A stretch of 64,000 bases of DNA from a virus (IMGVR_UViG_3300027914_000334:32001-96000), one strand, 5' to 3'; numbered from the stretch's first letter, positions 48,809-58,899 are shown. Made by a program: numbers and translations. Notes: a model not told the origin generated them from the sequence alone.

Positions 48809-49656
48809 CGAATTTTCTTGTAGTAATGAGAAAGATCGTTATTGGTAAGAATCTCATGAAGCTTCTTTTCGTCTTTCTGTGTATTACTAACCCTTTCTCT
48901 TATTATATTTTTAAGAGTATCATCATTGAAATAAAGTGACAAGTCAACTAGTTGTTTATTGCGCTCATATACTTCACGATTAAGGATAGCTTCTTCCTTC
49001 TTCAATCGTTTAGCCTTCTTGGAGAATTCCTTATACATGTTCTCATAACAACCATATTCATTAAGGAATTTCTTCGTTGTGATTTCACCGAAAAGATCAA
49101 TACCGGGGATGTTATCGGAATCATCGCCACGAATACACTTATAATCCAAGAAAGCTTCTGGGCGTACTTCCATGATGTTAAAGAAGTTATCCAATGTGAT
49201 GTAGATACCCTTAATAGGATCATAAACCCTAATATATTTATCTACAAGTTGAAACAAGTCCCTATCGGTGGATACAATAATAACATCATATCTATTCTTT
49301 AACATTTGACTGATACACGCTATATAATCGTCTGCTTCATATCCATGCCCATCAAGGATACTGTGCCCGTTTAGCCGCGTTATTTCGATGAAAACGTTAA
49401 GCAAACGCTTAAATTCAGCATATTCCTCTTCTGTCATTCGAGACTTTCTATTAGCCTTGTATTCTGGATACAATTTAAGCCGTCTCTCACTCTTTGTCGT
49501 ATCATAAGCAAAAATAAATCTTGCTTCTTTGTTTCTTTCAATCAAATTGCAATACATATCGAGAATGAATTCAGAAATATTCTTATTAGCATATTTAGCA
49601 CTATGATACCCTCTAGTGAAAAAGTTATTGCCATCAACGATCATTACTTGTTTCAT
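48805..49656 (-). CDS. 5'-3' exonuclease / flap endonuclease (PolA N-terminal-like)
   Basis: IVDGNN, YKANR, EADD, STDRDL.QL, GDDSDNIPG. Confidence 0.93.
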   Translation of the reverse strand: MKQVMIVDGNNFFTRGYHSAKYANKNISEFILDMYCNLIERNKEARFIFAYDTTKSERRLKLYPEYKANRKSRMTEEEYAEFKRLLNVFIEITRLNGHSILDGHGYEADDYIACISQMLKNRYDVIIVSTDRDLFQLVDKYIRVYDPIKGIYITLDNFFNIMEVRPEAFLDYKCIRGDDSDNIPGIDLFGEITTKKFLNEYGCYENMYKEFSKKAKRLKKEEAILNREVYERNKQLVDLSLYFNDDTLKNIIRERVSNTQKDEKKLHEILTNNDLSHYYKKIR

Positions 49657-49722
49657 GTATTCATTCCTTTATGTAGATACGGGGGCATAAAGCCCCCGTA
49701 TCTGTTTGTGTGTCATCTGTTA

Positions 49723-49941
49723 TTAAGCAGACTTCTTAGCCCTTCGGCGAACAGGAAGCGCAACCTTCTGAGCCTGAATCTCCTGACGGAGAACCTTGCA
49801 AAGCTTCTGAATATTCAGAAGGGCTTTACGAGCCACGGAAGCCGACTTCTTCTTGCCCTGATTGGTGAAGTTGTAAAGCTCACCCTCGACACTGTTCAGG
49901 TTAGTCTTAATACCAGAAATCATAGGATCAAACTTCGACAT
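49723..49941 (-). CDS. histone H1-like (Hc1-type) DNA-binding protein
   Basis: F..QG.K.(S)A...ARK.L..I.K..K.LR.EI with a basic tail; followed by a hairpin at 49675-49703. Confidence 0.7.
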   Translation of the reverse strand: MSKFDPMISGIKTNLNSVEGELYNFTNQGKKKSASVARKALLNIQKLCKVLRQEIQAQKVALPVRRRAKKSA

Positions 49942-50013
49942 ATTATTAACTCCTTTGTATATATTGCTGTAGAACTATGTTTTATGTTTACAATGACTTA
50001 TATAATATGTCAA

Positions 50014-50427
50014 TTACTTTTCAATAGTTTTTTCAGGAGGGAGGATGATTCCAGAAGCTTTTGCCATGATATCTTCCATCATTTGCTTGACTTCTTTATA
50101 AGCATCACTTCCAACCGGAATAGTATTGATAGCAAGGATTGTTTCGCGTCTAATATATTCGTCACTCTTCAGTTCATACCATACAAGAGTTTCCTTCAAA
50201 TCTCCCTTTCCACCCTTAACATAGTTACCCTTTTCAGTCTCAGTGTGGAACGAGAATGAACCTGTAGGAAGCTTAACCATGAACATATCACGGCTATTAA
50301 GTTCTTCGATCTTCATGAAATCATTCTGAGGAACGATGATAAGGTGCGGTGTGCCTGAGAATACATCCTTGTGAGTGATGCGAAGAAGAGGCATATCTTT
50401 CTGGCGAAGCATATCTAACAGTTGCAT
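50014..50427 (-). CDS. hypothetical protein
   Basis: AAGGAG RBS. Confidence 0.6.
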   Translation of the reverse strand: MQLLDMLRQKDMPLLRITHKDVFSGTPHLIIVPQNDFMKIEELNSRDMFMVKLPTGSFSFHTETEKGNYVKGGKGDLKETLVWYELKSDEYIRRETILAINTIPVGSDAYKEVKQMMEDIMAKASGIILPPEKTIEK

Positions 50428-50441
50428 AATATTATATCTCC

Positions 50442-51659
50442 TTATTTATCAAATCGGATAACTTCAAATACTGGATGTCGTAATGAGTCAGTTTTAGTCT
50501 TTTCCATAAATGAAATTTGCGCCGTCTTACCTATAAGTTTCTCCTTTTCATTCCACAATTTAATTCTTTCTTCGTCTGTGAATCCAGAACCACAACGAAG
50601 TTCTTTTCCATTGTAATTAAGAATCAAAGCACCAAGACATGATTCGTACTTGGTTCCACTTTCACCCGGTTCAAACCCGATAATCTCAAGATCGAGCGAT
50701 TCTTTATTTTTGAACTTCAACCAGTTGTTTGATCTTTTATATTCATACAACGACTTCGGGTGTTTTACAATGATTCCTTCGGCACCTTTTTCAATATAAT
50801 GTCTTGAAAGATCAAAAATAAGCTGATAGTCATTGGCTACCGATATGTATTTAACTGGAATAATATACAAAAGCTTTGGCATCTCATATAAAAATTTGAT
50901 TCTGTCATTTAGAATCCCATCTCCAAACTGGTCGAATACTGCATACTTAGCCGAATTCCTAACCCTGATTGATTCTGTGCTTATATCCTTCCTAGTTACG
51001 ATTGTCATTAACTGTTGGAAGTGTTTGCAATAGATTTCTCCGTCAATCGTCTTTCCCTTGAAGAATTCGTAATTATCTAGGATTTCTTTCCTGAAATTCT
51101 CCGTTAGGAACGCTGTTAGCATCGCTCCATCACGACTGAAAAACTCTACCTTTTTCTCTATATCCGATACTACAGCAACACATCTAATACCATCTATCTT
51201 GATGTTCACATAAACCCAAGGAAGCCCTTCAAACTGCCTAAGATACAATTCCTTGGTTTGCTTTTGAGCAAGCATAAGCTTGAATTCTTTGATGAGGTGT
51301 GGAAATGCCTTGTTTATTGATTTGATATTAAGACCAATTCCAAGGTCTTTATCCAATACATTTAGAAAGTACTTTTGGATGTTTGGATGTTTATCTTGTA
51401 AAATACCTGTTATTAACTTTTGCTTTTCATTACGACCACTTGTGTTTAATATTTCTTCAAACCCATAAAGTGGGAACACTTCGTCAATACCGCTCTTGTA
51501 TTGCTTTGCCTGTGATGATGTAATATCAAATACTGTTCTCTTATCATAGGCATACCATAAAATATTTCTTAGAAAATCAGAATCGTTATCTTTAAGAATC
51601 TGTATCTTTTCATTTATAGACGATGTAGCTTTAATCTTATCAAAAATATCAGTAATCAT
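50442..51659 (-). CDS. ATP-dependent DNA ligase
   Basis: KIDGIR, IDGEI, FD, EGIIVK, KRSNNWLKFK, GSGF, SLRHPVF. Confidence 0.95.
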   Translation of the reverse strand: MITDIFDKIKATSSINEKIQILKDNDSDFLRNILWYAYDKRTVFDITSSQAKQYKSGIDEVFPLYGFEEILNTSGRNEKQKLITGILQDKHPNIQKYFLNVLDKDLGIGLNIKSINKAFPHLIKEFKLMLAQKQTKELYLRQFEGLPWVYVNIKIDGIRCVAVVSDIEKKVEFFSRDGAMLTAFLTENFRKEILDNYEFFKGKTIDGEIYCKHFQQLMTIVTRKDISTESIRVRNSAKYAVFDQFGDGILNDRIKFLYEMPKLLYIIPVKYISVANDYQLIFDLSRHYIEKGAEGIIVKHPKSLYEYKRSNNWLKFKNKESLDLEIIGFEPGESGTKYESCLGALILNYNGKELRCGSGFTDEERIKLWNEKEKLIGKTAQISFMEKTKTDSLRHPVFEVIRFDK

Positions 51660-52165
51660 ATTTCCTTAACTTTAACCTTTCTAAGAATCCAATTATTTAA
51701 TATACATTCAAAATCTTTGGTATCTAGTACGATCTTTTCACCAACAAGTGTTTTGTTATTGTCTATAAGATATTCCATAAACTCCGACTGTTGTTCTGCA
51801 TTTAGATTCTTTCGTTTCATCTCTCGTACGAACCATCTGAAGTTTGAAAGAGTTATCAGTGGTTCGACTTCCTTAGCCGCTTCTACAAATGCCCTCATGG
51901 ACTTTCTTTGCAGTTTCAGTAGCTTCATTACTTGGAAAAATGACGTTACTTTATACTCTGTTATAAGTTCGAAGAATGTCATGATTCCAAAGGATGTAAT
52001 GATGTCGATAAGGAAATGATAGCTTGTTCCGTTCTTATACATAAATAGATATAAGAACTCCATCGACTTCGATACTTCAAGAGGTATCAAAACTGTTGCT
52101 CTACGAAACTTACTAATACCAAGCGTTCGTAAGTAATCAAGCCTTTCTTGCTGAGATAGTTTCAT
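51656..52165 (-). CDS. hypothetical protein
   Basis: coupled ORF in the replication operon. Confidence 0.6.
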   Translation of the reverse strand: MKLSQQERLDYLRTLGISKFRRATVLIPLEVSKSMEFLYLFMYKNGTSYHFLIDIITSFGIMTFFELITEYKVTSFFQVMKLLKLQRKSMRAFVEAAKEVEPLITLSNFRWFVREMKRKNLNAEQQSEFMEYLIDNNKTLVGEKIVLDTKDFECILNNWILRKVKVKEI

Positions 52166-52755
52166 TGTTTTATTACCTTAACTTCGCTTGTTCCGTTTAC
52201 ATTCACAACCTGAAATACTTTATTCGAACCTTCTATCAATTCAGATATATGGCTAACAATTACGAACTGAACTCCAAATTCTTTCGATATGACTTTAAGC
52301 CATTCACATGCTGGATTGATACGTTCACTATCAAGATTCTTAAAAGGTTCGTCTAATATTATTGTCTGTCTTAGCATATTTGAAAACATACGAACAAAGG
52401 CTATGCGGATTGACAGTGTTACGATATCCAAAACTCCCCCACCCTTTGAATCTGTAAGTGGTGTTACGATTCCATCGGTATCAATATATAGTTCATAATT
52501 AACACCACGTTTGGTAATGGCTGGAATTATTTTGAAGTTTAACTTCTTGTCTACGAATACACATTTGAGTGCTGAGTTAACGATATCTTCTATCTTTCCC
52601 TTGATTTGATTGCGCGTGTATTCTACGAATCCGTTAAGAAATGCAAGACATTTCTGAGTTGTTTCGATCTTTTCAACCATGGATTCTATTATATCTGTAT
52701 TCTTGTCGAATTGTTCTTTCAACATTTCATACCGACTAATAATATCAACAGCCAT
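52162..52755 (-). CDS. SbcC/Rad50-like ABC-ATPase C-terminal half
   Basis: signature KGGG, Walker B IILDEPF, D-loop NLD, H-loop IVSH. Confidence 0.85.
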   Translation of the reverse strand: MAVDIISRYEMLKEQFDKNTDIIESMVEKIETTQKCLAFLNGFVEYTRNQIKGKIEDIVNSALKCVFVDKKLNFKIIPAITKRGVNYELYIDTDGIVTPLTDSKGGGVLDIVTLSIRIAFVRMFSNMLRQTIILDEPFKNLDSERINPACEWLKVISKEFGVQFVIVSHISELIEGSNKVFQVVNVNGTSEVKVIKQ

Positions 52756-53017
52756 TTAAAATTGCCTCTAATTTTGAGATATAATCTTTGGCCTTTATAA
52801 GTTTAGCATTAACTTCTTCGGTTTTTGCTTTTGATTCTTTCTTTAAACTTTCTAACTTATCTTCTATCTCATCTGGAGTAATGTTGAACTTCTCTTTAAG
52901 ATCGGCTTCAAGGGTTTCCTTCTTTGCCTGAATCTTAGCTACCTCTAACTCTAATTTTGATTTGCGGTCTGACAAGTTCTTTATTTCTGACTTGAAAGTT
53001 GCTATGTCGTTTGTCAT
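52745..53017 (-). CDS. coiled-coil protein (probable SbcC arm segment)
   Basis: heptad-rich 90 aa ORF overlapping the C-half gene. Confidence 0.6.
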   Translation of the reverse strand: MTNDIATFKSEIKNLSDRKSKLELEVAKIQAKKETLEADLKEKFNITPDEIEDKLESLKKESKAKTEEVNAKLIKAKDYISKLEAILNGC

Positions 53018-53018
53018 G

Positions 53019-53924
53019 TTAAATTCCTTTAAGTCTATCTTTACACATATTAACTATATCTTCGTCTGTTCCTACTGCCTTAGCGTAAACACTCATTAAA
53101 TCTTCTATGTTTAAAAAACTATTCCTATTATCAATTATTTGTTTCATGTTATCGACCTCTTTGTTCAATTCAGAGTACAAAAGGTCGTCCGAAATGTCAA
53201 TGCTTATTTTCTCGCTCCAAACGTCCATTTCGCATGGAATGTCGATTTCCCGCGTTCTGATGCCTTTTGCCCCGTCCACCGTCAAGTACACCGCTTTGGG
53301 CTGGCGGGTCATGTCATGGGAAACCTTCTTTCGCCTCGCCAGTGCGCCGGGTGCGACGAACAGGGTGTCATTCTCCGTCACAATGCCCTGATAGGGGTGG
53401 TAGTGGGCGACGAGGACGGCATCGGCTGGTGTCCAGAAATCTTTCATCAGGATATGATCGAAGATTACAGGCTTTTGTGTAATTGTTAGGTGCGTCATGA
53501 GAATGTTCTTCTTATCGTTACTGATAAGTAATGGAACTTCCATGAAGTCAAACCCATGATTACCGAAGATAACTCTTGTATATTCAAAATCTTTATACTT
53601 GTTTTCGTTAGATATTAAGCCTGTCATTTTAACAAGAGACAAAGGCGATACACTTTCAAACCCATCATGCCCTTCGTTTCCATGAATACAGTGGATTTCA
53701 ACATCAACATATTTACTAAGCATCTCTACAATGGTATTCAACTCAAGGAATTTAATCTTTGGGGTATCGAACAAATCTCCACCAATAAGGACAACACATC
53801 CATTCTTTCTTGCAAGCTTCAGAACCCATTCAAGTTTGTTAAGGATTGATTGGTTATAGTTATCCTTCCTAGCAATAGGTTTAGCACCATAATGTATATC
53901 AGTAATATACAAAAATTTATCCAT
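53019..53924 (-). CDS. SbcD/Mre11-like nuclease
   Basis: TDIH, GGDLFD, GN..HD, H, AHYH, PG. Confidence 0.88.
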   Translation of the reverse strand: MDKFLYITDIHYGAKPIARKDNYNQSILNKLEWVLKLARKNGCVVLIGGDLFDTPKIKFLELNTIVEMLSKYVDVEIHCIHGNEGHDGFESVSPLSLVKMTGLISNENKYKDFEYTRVIFGNHGFDFMEVPLLISNDKKNILMTHLTITQKPVIFDHILMKDFWTPADAVLVAHYHPYQGIVTENDTLFVAPGALARRKKVSHDMTRQPKAVYLTVDGAKGIRTREIDIPCEMDVWSEKISIDISDDLLYSELNKEVDNMKQIIDNRNSFLNIEDLMSVYAKAVGTDEDIVNMCKDRLKGI

Positions 53925-54114
53925 CACATTTCCTTTCAACAGTATCCGTAACTCGTTCTGATTGTTCCTTTGTAAGCATAGAAATAATCTCTGCAAACAA
54001 TTCAGAAAGACAATTAAAGCATAAGTAATAGTGTCTTCCATCATGTAACTGATGGGCTACCAGAATATCATTCCTCTTACAAATAGAACACAGATTCACT
54101 TTAAACGGCACCAT
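53917..54114 (-). CDS. small zinc-finger protein
   Basis: CSIC...LCFNC. Confidence 0.55.
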   Translation of the reverse strand: MVPFKVNLCSICKRNDILVAHQLHDGRHYYLCFNCLSELFAEIISMLTKEQSERVTDTVERKCDG

Positions 54115-54116
54115 AT

Positions 54117-55316
54117 TTATTCCTTGATAATAAGTTTACATTTGTCACAATACCTGTCTTTAATGATTGGGCATATAGCTTCTTTATCTATAAACTCATC
54201 AAACCGCTTTGTCAATGAATTTAGCTCATCATTTGCTTTTATGATAGCATTATTAGTAGATGTTGAATCTATCATTATTTTGTTAATAGAAAATTTAAAC
54301 GATTCAAGTATTCCGATACTAGCGTCTATATTTTCTATTTCGGCTGTTATAGGAAGGTCTATCTCATCAACCTTGATATTGAACCTAGACTTGTTATCAT
54401 CGAAAAACTTCTTAGATTGCTCTATTGCCGTTGTTGTCGATAACAACACGCCAATACTTTCGACATCAGAATTCATACTACTGATATACTTTTTAAGTGG
54501 TTCTAACTTTGTTATGATTGCAAACTTGGAAGCATTTTGTTTAAAGAATTCAGATGCATTTGAAAGCATCTCCATTTGTCCAGCAATCTCAAGTAGGTAA
54601 TTTTCTATTGACTTTATTTCAATCAAAAGAATCTTATATTCTTCGATAAGTGGCGTTGCCTTCTCGATCTTTGGTGCTATTTCTGCGTTATTATTCTGTG
54701 CAATTTCAAATATCTGCTTATCTTTAGAAAGCTCAGAATTCATTGTCTTGATAAGAATGTCAATCTTCTCAGAATCTGGAATTAAAGAAGATAGAATCTT
54801 ATTCCTACGCAATCCAGAATATGACTTCCCCACGAAGAACATATCATCATGTTGATTTGATATATTCAAATCCTCTTCAAAATCAACAAACGATATCGGT
54901 CTAATCTTTGTTTTATCTAGGATGTAGTCTGGAAGATTTATTCCAAACTTTTCATATAATTCATTCTTTTCACCAATATAGAAATCACTCTTTGTCGAAG
55001 GCTCGATATACTGTCCACATTTACATAGGTATGAGCCATCTTCTGTAACATCTGCTTTACACGAAGGACATTTTCGTACCTTACTAGCATCCATTTTACG
55101 GCAGATAGAGTAGTCGCTAAATCCGATTCCGACCTCACCGCTCATTTCTCCTATTTTCAAATAGAAAGGTGCTCTCTGTAGATTAGCCTTAATTGCCCGT
55201 ATAAGACCGGACTTACCAGAATCACTAAGACCTATGATTGTATTAACCATGGGGTCTAATTCTATTTCTGTGTTTGCATGGGATTGGAAGTTCTTAACAT
55301 TTATAGTCTTTATCAT
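54117..55316 (-). CDS. SbcC/Rad50-like ATPase N-terminal half
   Basis: I.VKNFQSH, Walker A GLSDSGKS, Q-loop Q.D, coiled coil, terminal Cys cluster; no Walker B. Confidence 0.85.
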   Translation of the reverse strand: MIKTINVKNFQSHANTEIELDPMVNTIIGLSDSGKSGLIRAIKANLQRAPFYLKIGEMSGEVGIGFSDYSICRKMDASKVRKCPSCKADVTEDGSYLCKCGQYIEPSTKSDFYIGEKNELYEKFGINLPDYILDKTKIRPISFVDFEEDLNISNQHDDMFFVGKSYSGLRRNKILSSLIPDSEKIDILIKTMNSELSKDKQIFEIAQNNNAEIAPKIEKATPLIEEYKILLIEIKSIENYLLEIAGQMEMLSNASEFFKQNASKFAIITKLEPLKKYISSMNSDVESIGVLLSTTTAIEQSKKFFDDNKSRFNIKVDEIDLPITAEIENIDASIGILESFKFSINKIMIDSTSTNNAIIKANDELNSLTKRFDEFIDKEAICPIIKDRYCDKCKLIIKE

Positions 55317-55794
55317 TGATTTCTCCAGCTTTATGTTTATCCATAAAATACTTAGCTAATGCCAATGCTTGCCATGCATCCTTTGAAATACCTTTGGTCT
55401 TAGTCTCACCAAAATATTCAATCATCTTTAAACGAATTCTTGAATCTTTACTCTTCGGGCCTGTTACTACTTCACCTTTTTTCTTTTTATCCAGAATATG
55501 AGCGGCTACTTTACTTCTGACAACTCTATACCAAGGCTTGTTTGTATTGAGCGTTTCTATATTCTGGATAAATCTGCCTATCCAAACACACGTATCAAAT
55601 ACAGTTTTGCCAGCCATTCCATAAGAAGCTATCATTTCGAATACAAAGCAATCTATCTTAGAATGATTCGCTTCTATGAATCTATTTACAAAATAATTAT
55701 CAAATTTACCGTATTTTAATATATTCTCAGTGGACGTATTAAAGACAACGATCCCGGAAAACACGTTTCCGGGATCGATTGCCATTATTATCAC
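55294..55794 (-). CDS. RuvC-like Holliday junction resolvase
   Basis: IMAIDPG, FE, D.WQALALA. Confidence 0.8.
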   Translation of the reverse strand: MIIMAIDPGNVFSGIVVFNTSTENILKYGKFDNYFVNRFIEANHSKIDCFVFEMIASYGMAGKTVFDTCVWIGRFIQNIETLNTNKPWYRVVRSKVAAHILDKKKKGEVVTGPKSKDSRIRLKMIEYFGETKTKGISKDAWQALALAKYFMDKHKAGEINDKDYKC

Positions 55795-56912
55795 AGGTCG
55801 AGGCTTCCTTCTTCTAACGTTTCTTCTTCCGGTTCCTTATCAGGACTTTCATCGTTTGCAACTACATCCTTGAACTTTTCGTTCTTTTCGTAGGAAATAT
55901 CGGAAGGTGGTTCAATCTGGTACAGATTCATACCATACGCTTCCTTAATTTTCTTTGCAATACTAGCCATTTCGCCAGCCCTGAAAGTTCCACTATACAA
56001 AGCCTTGTCCACGAACTCATATCTACCAAGCGTTAATTTCTTAACTTTACCAATCGTTTCGAGGAAATCAAGAAGTGAAAGTTCCCTGATAAATCCCTTC
56101 GAATACAGATAAGTCAGATATGTCATAGCCTTTTCTTTATTCGAAATCTTGTTCTTTGCAGAAGTCAGAGATACTTTATATCCGATCTTTGTATCTCCGT
56201 CTTTAATCACCTTAGAACGCTTCAGTTCGATGCGGAGGTTAGCGGAATACTTCTGTTGCATACCACCGGGAAGAACCGTATCTGGATCGTAAGGAGTTTT
56301 CTTGTTCTGATTCTGAATTTCCTGATTGATGCAAACCAGAGCGGTCTTTGACTGTCTGAGGATGAAGGATGTTCTGCGAAGGAATTCAGTAATCATAACA
56401 GAGCGTCTATTTCTCTGTCCAGACTCACCCATCTCTTTTTCCATAACTTTCTCAGATTCAAGTTTGGCAAGAGAATCAACTACGATAATATCAAACACAT
56501 TTTGTTTGATAGCATCTTCTGCAATGATGAGGGCATCTTCGCTATTGATCGGAGTAATTGTTAATCTATCTGGAAACAGATTCTTATACTGTAAGAACGA
56601 AGTAGTAAGCGCATTTTCTACGTCGAGATACAAAGCAGTAATATTCTCATCCAGTTCCATTGCATAACGAATGGATTCAAGAACGAATGTTGATTTACCG
56701 GTAGATTCCAAGCCATGAATAAGCGTCATTCCACCACGCGGAAATCCACCAATTCCTGAATTAATCCAGTCAAACGTAGGGAAGCCTGTTGGAAACGGTT
56801 CAAAATTACCAACTTTATTTCCATCGAACAAGATATCAGCACCATACTTCTTTTTGAATTTCTTGTTTACTTCTGCAAAGAATTTAGCAGTAGCTTCTTT
56901 AGAATTACTCAT
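55791..56912 (-). CDS. recA: RecA/UvsX recombinase
   Basis: GG.PRG, GLESTGKST, DVE, VVDS, INQ, PGG, KNK. Confidence 0.93.
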   Translation of the reverse strand: MSNSKEATAKFFAEVNKKFKKKYGADILFDGNKVGNFEPFPTGFPTFDWINSGIGGFPRGGMTLIHGLESTGKSTFVLESIRYAMELDENITALYLDVENALTTSFLQYKNLFPDRLTITPINSEDALIIAEDAIKQNVFDIIVVDSLAKLESEKVMEKEMGESGQRNRRSVMITEFLRRTSFILRQSKTALVCINQEIQNQNKKTPYDPDTVLPGGMQQKYSANLRIELKRSKVIKDGDTKIGYKVSLTSAKNKISNKEKAMTYLTYLYSKGFIRELSLLDFLETIGKVKKLTLGRYEFVDKALYSGTFRAGEMASIAKKIKEAYGMNLYQIEPPSDISYEKNEKFKDVVANDESPDKEPEEETLEEGSLDL

Positions 56913-57080
56913 TCAACGACTCCTAATGTGAAATTTAAGGATATCATCATTTGTATCACGTCTTTTGTCAAAAGTATAGCATGAAAATAATAAAAATAAA
57001 TCTTGACAAATTAAAAAGCCACCCGATCCGGCCCAAAGCATCTTCGTCCGAAAAAGACACAAAGGTTTCGGGTGGCTCAA

Positions 57081-57154
57081 CAGGGATGGCAGGATTCGAA
57101 CCTACGAGATGCCAGAGTCAAAGTCTAGTGCCTTACCAACTTGGCTACATCCCT
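57081..57154 (-). tRNA. tRNA-Gln(TTG)
   Basis: cloverleaf; loop CT-TTG-AC; GGTTCGAATCC. Confidence 0.9.
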
Positions 57155-57278
57155 AAGTGGTACAAGGCAGAACGGGTCATGACTCCGTTTTATCTGCCTT
57201 ACTCTGTTATATTGGCTTCCAGACCGAATATAACGGCTTCCGAATTTACTAATTAAATTACAACACTCTATAGAGCAA

Positions 57279-57351
57279 AGCCGATGATAGGAATCGAACC
57301 TACAACCCCCGCATTACAAATGCGGTGCTCTACCTATTGAGCTACATCGGC
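57279..57351 (-). tRNA. tRNA-Thr(TGT)
   Basis: CCGCA-TT TGT AA-TGCGG; canonical arms. Confidence 0.92.
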
Positions 57352-57357
57352 AAACGA

Positions 57358-57624
57358 TTATTCCAATGGTTGAGTTATAGCAAATCCAAGAAAATCATTC
57401 ACAGCTTTTTCTATCATTTTATTTGGTTCATTAATGATATCAGAATACTCATAATACCAACCTTTATAAGTATTGTGAAATCTATCTTGTGGTATCAGTG
57501 TTACTTTATCTAATTTATTATCCGCCACAAAGAACTTAAATACTGGATATAACTGGAAATCCTTTTCTTCTTCTGCTTCAAGTAATTTATTGGTTACTTC
57601 ACTAACAAATTTTTCAAGTGACAT
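57358..57624 (-). CDS. hypothetical protein
   Basis: GGAG RBS. Confidence 0.55.
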   Translation of the reverse strand: MSLEKFVSEVTNKLLEAEEEKDFQLYPVFKFFVADNKLDKVTLIPQDRFHNTYKGWYYEYSDIINEPNKMIEKAVNDFLGFAITQPLE

Positions 57625-57632
57625 AGTTGCTC

Positions 57633-57845
57633 CTATTCATATCTTTCTAGGAACTTTCTTGCATTTTCGATAGATGCTACATACTTAAAAGCTCCAGAAC
57701 TACCAAAGTCTATTGTTGGATTAGAATCTTCAATCGATAGAATGATATCTTTAGCATCTACCAATGCTTTAACTAATCCTTTAACAAGTTCGTTATCTTT
57801 ATGAGTCTTTGCAATTTCTTCTAACGTAAGACCTGTTATTTTCAT
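57633..57845 (-). CDS. hypothetical protein
   Basis: AGGAG RBS. Confidence 0.55.
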   Translation of the reverse strand: MKITGLTLEEIAKTHKDNELVKGLVKALVDAKDIILSIEDSNPTIDFGSSGAFKYVASIENARKFLERYE

Positions 57846-58088
57846 AATTAACTCCTGTCATACCAAGAACATTTAACAAGCGGTTTATTACTTTTATATC
57901 TTGAAGTATAAATATGAATGTTAAAAATGTAATGATGTTTCTGGATATACCATTTATTATCATTCATCATTTCTGCTACAGAACAACCTGTATAATGATA
58001 ACAAAATGATATAAATCTCTTTATTACTTTGAAAATTTCATATCCAAAAGTATTCCAACAAAAAATTAAGGAATGATTTCATATTTTG

Positions 58089-58505
58089 TTATTCGTCTTT
58101 GTTCGGATACATTTTACGAATACATTGAACAATATGCAATGCCAATCTCATGTAGTCGTTAACTTGGGTTTCTGTTGGTGTTTCACCTACGGAATAATTA
58201 TCGCCATATTGAATTCCCTGTAACATATCACAGCAAGGGCAAGAGCCATAGCTTACCATCACATACCAGTAATCGGATGGTTGGTATCCGCTGTCTCCGA
58301 TTACATACAGAAGATTTCCTTGATAATCTCCATGGTCAATTTCAACAATTCTTTCAGCACTTGGAGTATGATATTCTTCACTATCACCAATAATAGAAAC
58401 TACATCTTTAACAATCTCTTTATAACTTTCTGGATGTGATTCTTTGTATTTGTTTTCGAGAACTTTATAATTAGCATTAAACCTATCAATAAACTTCTGA
58501 ATCAT
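58089..58505 (-). CDS. conserved-looking phage hypothetical protein
   Basis: ID.GDYQG...YGSC..CD motif. Confidence 0.65.
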   Translation of the reverse strand: MIQKFIDRFNANYKVLENKYKESHPESYKEIVKDVVSIIGDSEEYHTPSAERIVEIDHGDYQGNLLYVIGDSGYQPSDYWYVMVSYGSCPCCDMLQGIQYGDNYSVGETPTETQVNDYMRLALHIVQCIRKMYPNKDE

Positions 58506-58535
58506 ATAATTCCTTTCATTGCGTTATATTAACAG

Positions 58536-58607
58536 AGGGGAATATAGGATTCGAACCTATGTGTTACAAGTTAACAGCTTGTCGCATAACCACTATGCTA
58601 ATTCCCC
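58536..58607 (-). tRNA. tRNA-Asn(GTT) #1
   Basis: ACAAG-CT GTT AA-CTTGT; acceptor GGGGAAT/ATTCCCC. Confidence 0.85.
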
Positions 58608-58718
58608 GTTTATGGATACTAGGAGACGATATTATAGGTAATCAGCCTATCTATTTCGCTCTTTTCTCCAATGGTAATCTATTACAATTTGATTAGAATT
58701 GCAAGCATTTACCTTAAG

Positions 58719-58802
58719 CGGAAGATACAGGATTTGAACCTGTAAGGGCATAACCCGCCAGTTTTCAAGACCTGCGCTATAATCCATCTCAGCCATCTTT
58801 CC
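58719..58802 (-). tRNA. tRNA-Ser(TGA), imperfect
   Basis: CT TGA AA loop and long variable arm; mismatches in the acceptor and anticodon stems. Confidence 0.7.
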
Positions 58803-58805
58803 ATA

Positions 58806-58891
58806 TGGGAAGAGAAGGATTCGAACCTTCAAGAGCCTTTCGACTAACAGATTTACAGTCTGCCGCGCCCCACCACCTGCGCCGTCTTCCC
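58806..58891 (-). tRNA. tRNA-Tyr(GTA)
   Basis: GCAGA-CT GTA AA-TCTGT; long variable arm. Confidence 0.9.
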
Positions 58892-58899
58892 TTACTGCT

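Noticed and set aside
56951-57256. ORFs overlapping tRNAs (also 58647..58832 and the first codons of 59886..60689)
   Set aside because: They translate tRNA sequence.
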